From Takakia lepidozioides (lineage: Eukaryota; Plantae; Bryophyta), in assembly GCA_030704615.1 (NCBI GenBank), contig CM060731.1, positions 53,692,001 to 53,756,000 on the forward strand: a stretch of 64,000 nucleotides of DNA, given 5' to 3'. Positions 60,701-64,000 of the stretch are shown one piece after another (positions within the stretch are counted from its first letter, which is position 1; the number at the start of each line of letters is the position of its first letter). Both the position numbers and the translations under genes were made by a program. The notes beneath the pieces were generated by a model. The model searched no databases, was not told the DNA's origin, and was given only the letters and a program-made list of their open reading frames with translations.

Positions 60701-63700
60701 GCATTTGAAACTGCGAACAGAATTGAGCAATTGAGAAAAAAGAAGATGAGGACTCTGAGGATGAGTCAGATGAAGAAGAAGAGCAAGAACTAAAAAGAAA
60801 GAGTAAGAGAAAGGAGAAGTTGAAGAGGGATAACTATGAATAAAAAATTGGAAGAAATCTTGAAGAAGTATGCCACAGAGGCTGCAACACATTGGAGGAA
60901 GGGTGTATGGTGTGCAAAGTGCCAGAATGAAGGCCATACCACCACAGAATGCCACATGAAGGAGAAACATTGTACTATCTGTAAAATGGATAACCATTCT
61001 ACTGAGAATTGTTACTACAACAGAAGGACAGCTGCAAGAGAACCTAGGCAAGTAAGGGTGCATCAGGTGCAGCCCCAGCCAAGAAGAAACAATGATCAGG
61101 ACCACTATGGTAGGTCTGGTGGTTATAACAATGGCATGGAAGGGAGAGGTAATTCCAGAGGGAATTACCAAGGAAATTCCAGAGGCAACTATCAGGGTAA
61201 TCCAAGGGGGAATTACCAGCCCGGGAATCAGGATTATAGAAATAATCCAAGAACAGACCAAGGGCGAGGACCCAATGATGAAGAGCTATGTTACTATTGT
61301 AATCAGCCAGGACATCGCAAGGCAGCCTGTTCATTCTGGATAAGACACCAGAATGAGATGAGAGCTCCTGTGAATGAGGGCCCAGTGGTGGCAGCTCACA
61401 TGGTTAGGCCATGTGTTGTACCAGAAGTAAGTACAATGATAGTAACAAGAAGTAAAGCCAAACTAATACCTCCAGTAGAAGAGGAAGAAGATGAGACTGG
61501 AAGTGGCAATGATATGCCTGAAGATGAAGAGACTTGGAAAGATGAGAAGGAACTGCACAAGGAAGTGGCAGATACTATAAGGGAAATGCAAAAGAGTACT
61601 GATATTCCTGTGGCAGATTCCTCTGATTCGGATGGAGAAAAAGAAGGGAGTGAGGAAGAAAGGAAAAAAAAAGATGCAGACATGCAAAGTAATGAAGTGA
61701 CTTTGGCTGCAGTAATATGTCAGACCAAAGCAGAAATTACCATTGGACAGCTATTAGCTGTGGCACCTTATTGTAGGCACAGGCTGTATCAAGCAATCAA
61801 TCGAATTGCCCAAGAGACAGGAAACACAGACCTGAACAGCAAGGTGACCAGTTATAATGTGAAGCCGGAAGGGCGAGAACCAGTTATGGACTTTGATGAT
61901 TCTATGCCAGTAATCCAATTGAGAATTGGAAGCACAGAACTAACTGATGTACTGATAGATGGTGGTTCTGGAGTAAATATCATGACAGACCAATTAAGGA
62001 AGAAGCTTGGTCTAAGTAACATGAAACCAGCCCCATTTACAGTAACAATGGCAGATCAAAGAAGTGTGCAGCCATTGGGATTAATAAGAGGAGTTAAGAT
62101 ACAGATACAGAAAATGATCTTTATGATCACAGTAACTGTATTAAAAATGGATGAAGTCATGGAGGCTTACTCCTTATTATTGGGACGTCCGTGGCTGAAA
62201 CAGGCCAGGGTATTCCATGACTGGAATTCTCAGTTACTAACCGTGCATAATGGGATACACGAGATACAAATTACCACAAAGAAATCTAGTAGATTACCTG
62301 CTACAAGAAGACCTCGAGGAGTCAGAGAGTATGACTGGAGAGGAGGACTGGATGAGGAGCAGGAAGCTACCCTATTTGCTGCACACCCAGAGTGGGAGCA
62401 GGTTGCAGAGATGCGGCTGGAAAGCCTAAGTTGTTTAAGAGGTATCTGCTGTGGTGTAGTGACAGCAACACCAACTGAAGAAGAAACCAGCATTTACCCA
62501 TCACATTTCTATGAAGAAAGAGAAAGAGAAATAGAAATCCTAGAAGAACCAGCCACTGTGAGCTTACAGGATGAAGTGGTGACTGGTTGGACAATCACAG
62601 CTGATGAGCAGGTGAGAGAAGTAAATGTGGGAACTAAAGAGGAACCGAGGATGGTGAAAGTAGGAGCTGATTTGGAGCCGGAATTCTTCGAAGAAGCTAA
62701 AAGCTTGTTCATCAAATACAGAGATGTATTTGCTTGGAGCTATGAGGATCTAAAAGGGATACCACCTGAAGTCTGTCAGCATAAGATTGAACTGGAACCA
62801 GGGTCAGTACCAATCAAGCAGGCGAGGTATAGAATGAATCCCAACTACGCATAGAAGGTTGGAGAAGAGATAAAGAAGTTGGCTGAGGCTAAGTTTATAT
62901 ACCCAATAGAGTATACAACTTGGTTGTCACCCATTGTAATAGTTCCCAAGAAGAATGGCAAACTAAGAGTATGTGTGAACTATAAGAAGCTGAATGCTTG
63001 TACGAAGAAAGATCCTTTCCCTTTGCCATTCACAGAAGCAGTATTAGACACTGTGGCAGGCCATGAGATGTACTCATTCATGGATGGCTTCAGTGGTTAT
63101 AATCAAGTGCAAGTGGCAGAAGAAGACCAAGGGAAAACAGCTTTCATCACAGACTGGGGGGCTTATGCATACAAAGTCATGCCCTTTGGACTTTGTAATG
63201 CACCAGCGACCTTTCAGAGAGTGATAAGTGAATCTTTTCATGAGTATCTGATGATTTCATGCAGGTATTCTTGGATGATTTCAGTGTGTACAGCTCTAAG
63301 AGTGAGCACTTGCATAAATTGGAGTTATGTTTGGCCAGATACAGGATGAGAGGTCTGGGCCTGAATCCAGAGAAGTGTACTTTCTGTGTGAACTCAGGGG
63401 TGCTTCTGGGACACATTGTGTGTAAGAAGGGACTCCTTGTGGATCCCAGAAAGACAGAGTCCATTAAAGCCTCTCCACCACCAGTGAATGTTAAAAGTCT
63501 ACGGAGATTCCTTGGGCAAACCAGTTATTACAGAAGATTTGTCAAAAGGTATGCACAAATAGCAGCACCATTGAGCAAGCTTCTGAAGAAAGATGCAGTG
63601 TTTGCCTGGATAGCGGAATGTCAACAGGCATTTGAGGAACTTACACTGTCAGTAACAACTACACCTGTACTGATTAACCCTCACTGGCATGTAGTATTCC

Positions 63701-64000
63701 ATGTTCATTGCGATGCATCAGGAGAAGCGTTGGGAGCGGTGTTAGCCCAGAATGTTACAGGGAATATAGATTCACCTGTGTACTATGCTAGCCGGTTGAT
63801 GAACAGTGCTGAGAGGAACTATAGCACAACGGAAAGAGAAGCATTGGCAATGATTTATGCAGTGAAGAAATTCAGGCATTACCTATTGGGAAGAAAGTTT
63901 ATGTTTTATGTGGATCACCAGGCTCTGATATATCTGGTGAACAAACCTTTGATAAGTGGAAGGATAGCGAGGTGGTTAATAATCTTGCATGAGTTTGAGT
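57723..64000 (+). mobile_element. Second Ty3/Gypsy element (non-chromovirus, Athila/Tat-like), truncated by the window end
   Basis: The LTR start is approximate; it ends ...GCGACA at 58800. PBS TGGCGACCATACTGGGGA at 58803-58820 is tRNA-Arg-like. Gag at 60260-60790, three CCHC knuckles, PR VLIDGGSG, RT (FMDGFSGYNQ, MPFGLCNAP), RNase H (CDAS, TTEREALA). Stops and frameshifts present. Confidence 0.9.
57832..58172 (+). repeat. CACAGCC/GTCACAG tandem repeats inside the second element's LTR
   Basis: Directly visible. Confidence 0.9.

Overview
This is nuclear DNA of a land plant, probably a seed-free or bryophyte-grade species: it has GT-AG introns, a long PLS-DYW PPR gene and many TEs. Apparently intact genes are an intronless microbial-type nitroreductase (7571-8221), a PLS-E-DYW RNA-editing PPR with two N-terminal OSB-type PDF motifs (10971-14990), an intronless GLE1 (29460-31388, -), a Trp/Tyr permease (-) and LTO1/VKOR (+). 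Around them lie a 6.2-kb Pack-MULE with a 9-bp TSD carrying PEN-2 and PPR fragments, a second MULE-like element, an inverted GLE1 pseudogene, kinesin-14, eEF2 and spastin fragments, and LINE 3' ends. The most striking object is a 12-kb Ty3/Gypsy element (45522-57579, -). It encodes a DNMT3-like C5 DNA methyltransferase inside pol and a PHD finger after the integrase, and it has a self-complementary Tf1-like primer site instead of a tRNA PBS. It also carries captured gene fragments. It appears integrated as a circularly permuted 2-LTR circle, opened at an internal palindrome (GACA-GC-TGTC) with a 4-bp TSD. A second Gypsy element begins at about 57.7 kb and runs off the window. All family assignments are by eye from remembered motifs; no database searches were run.
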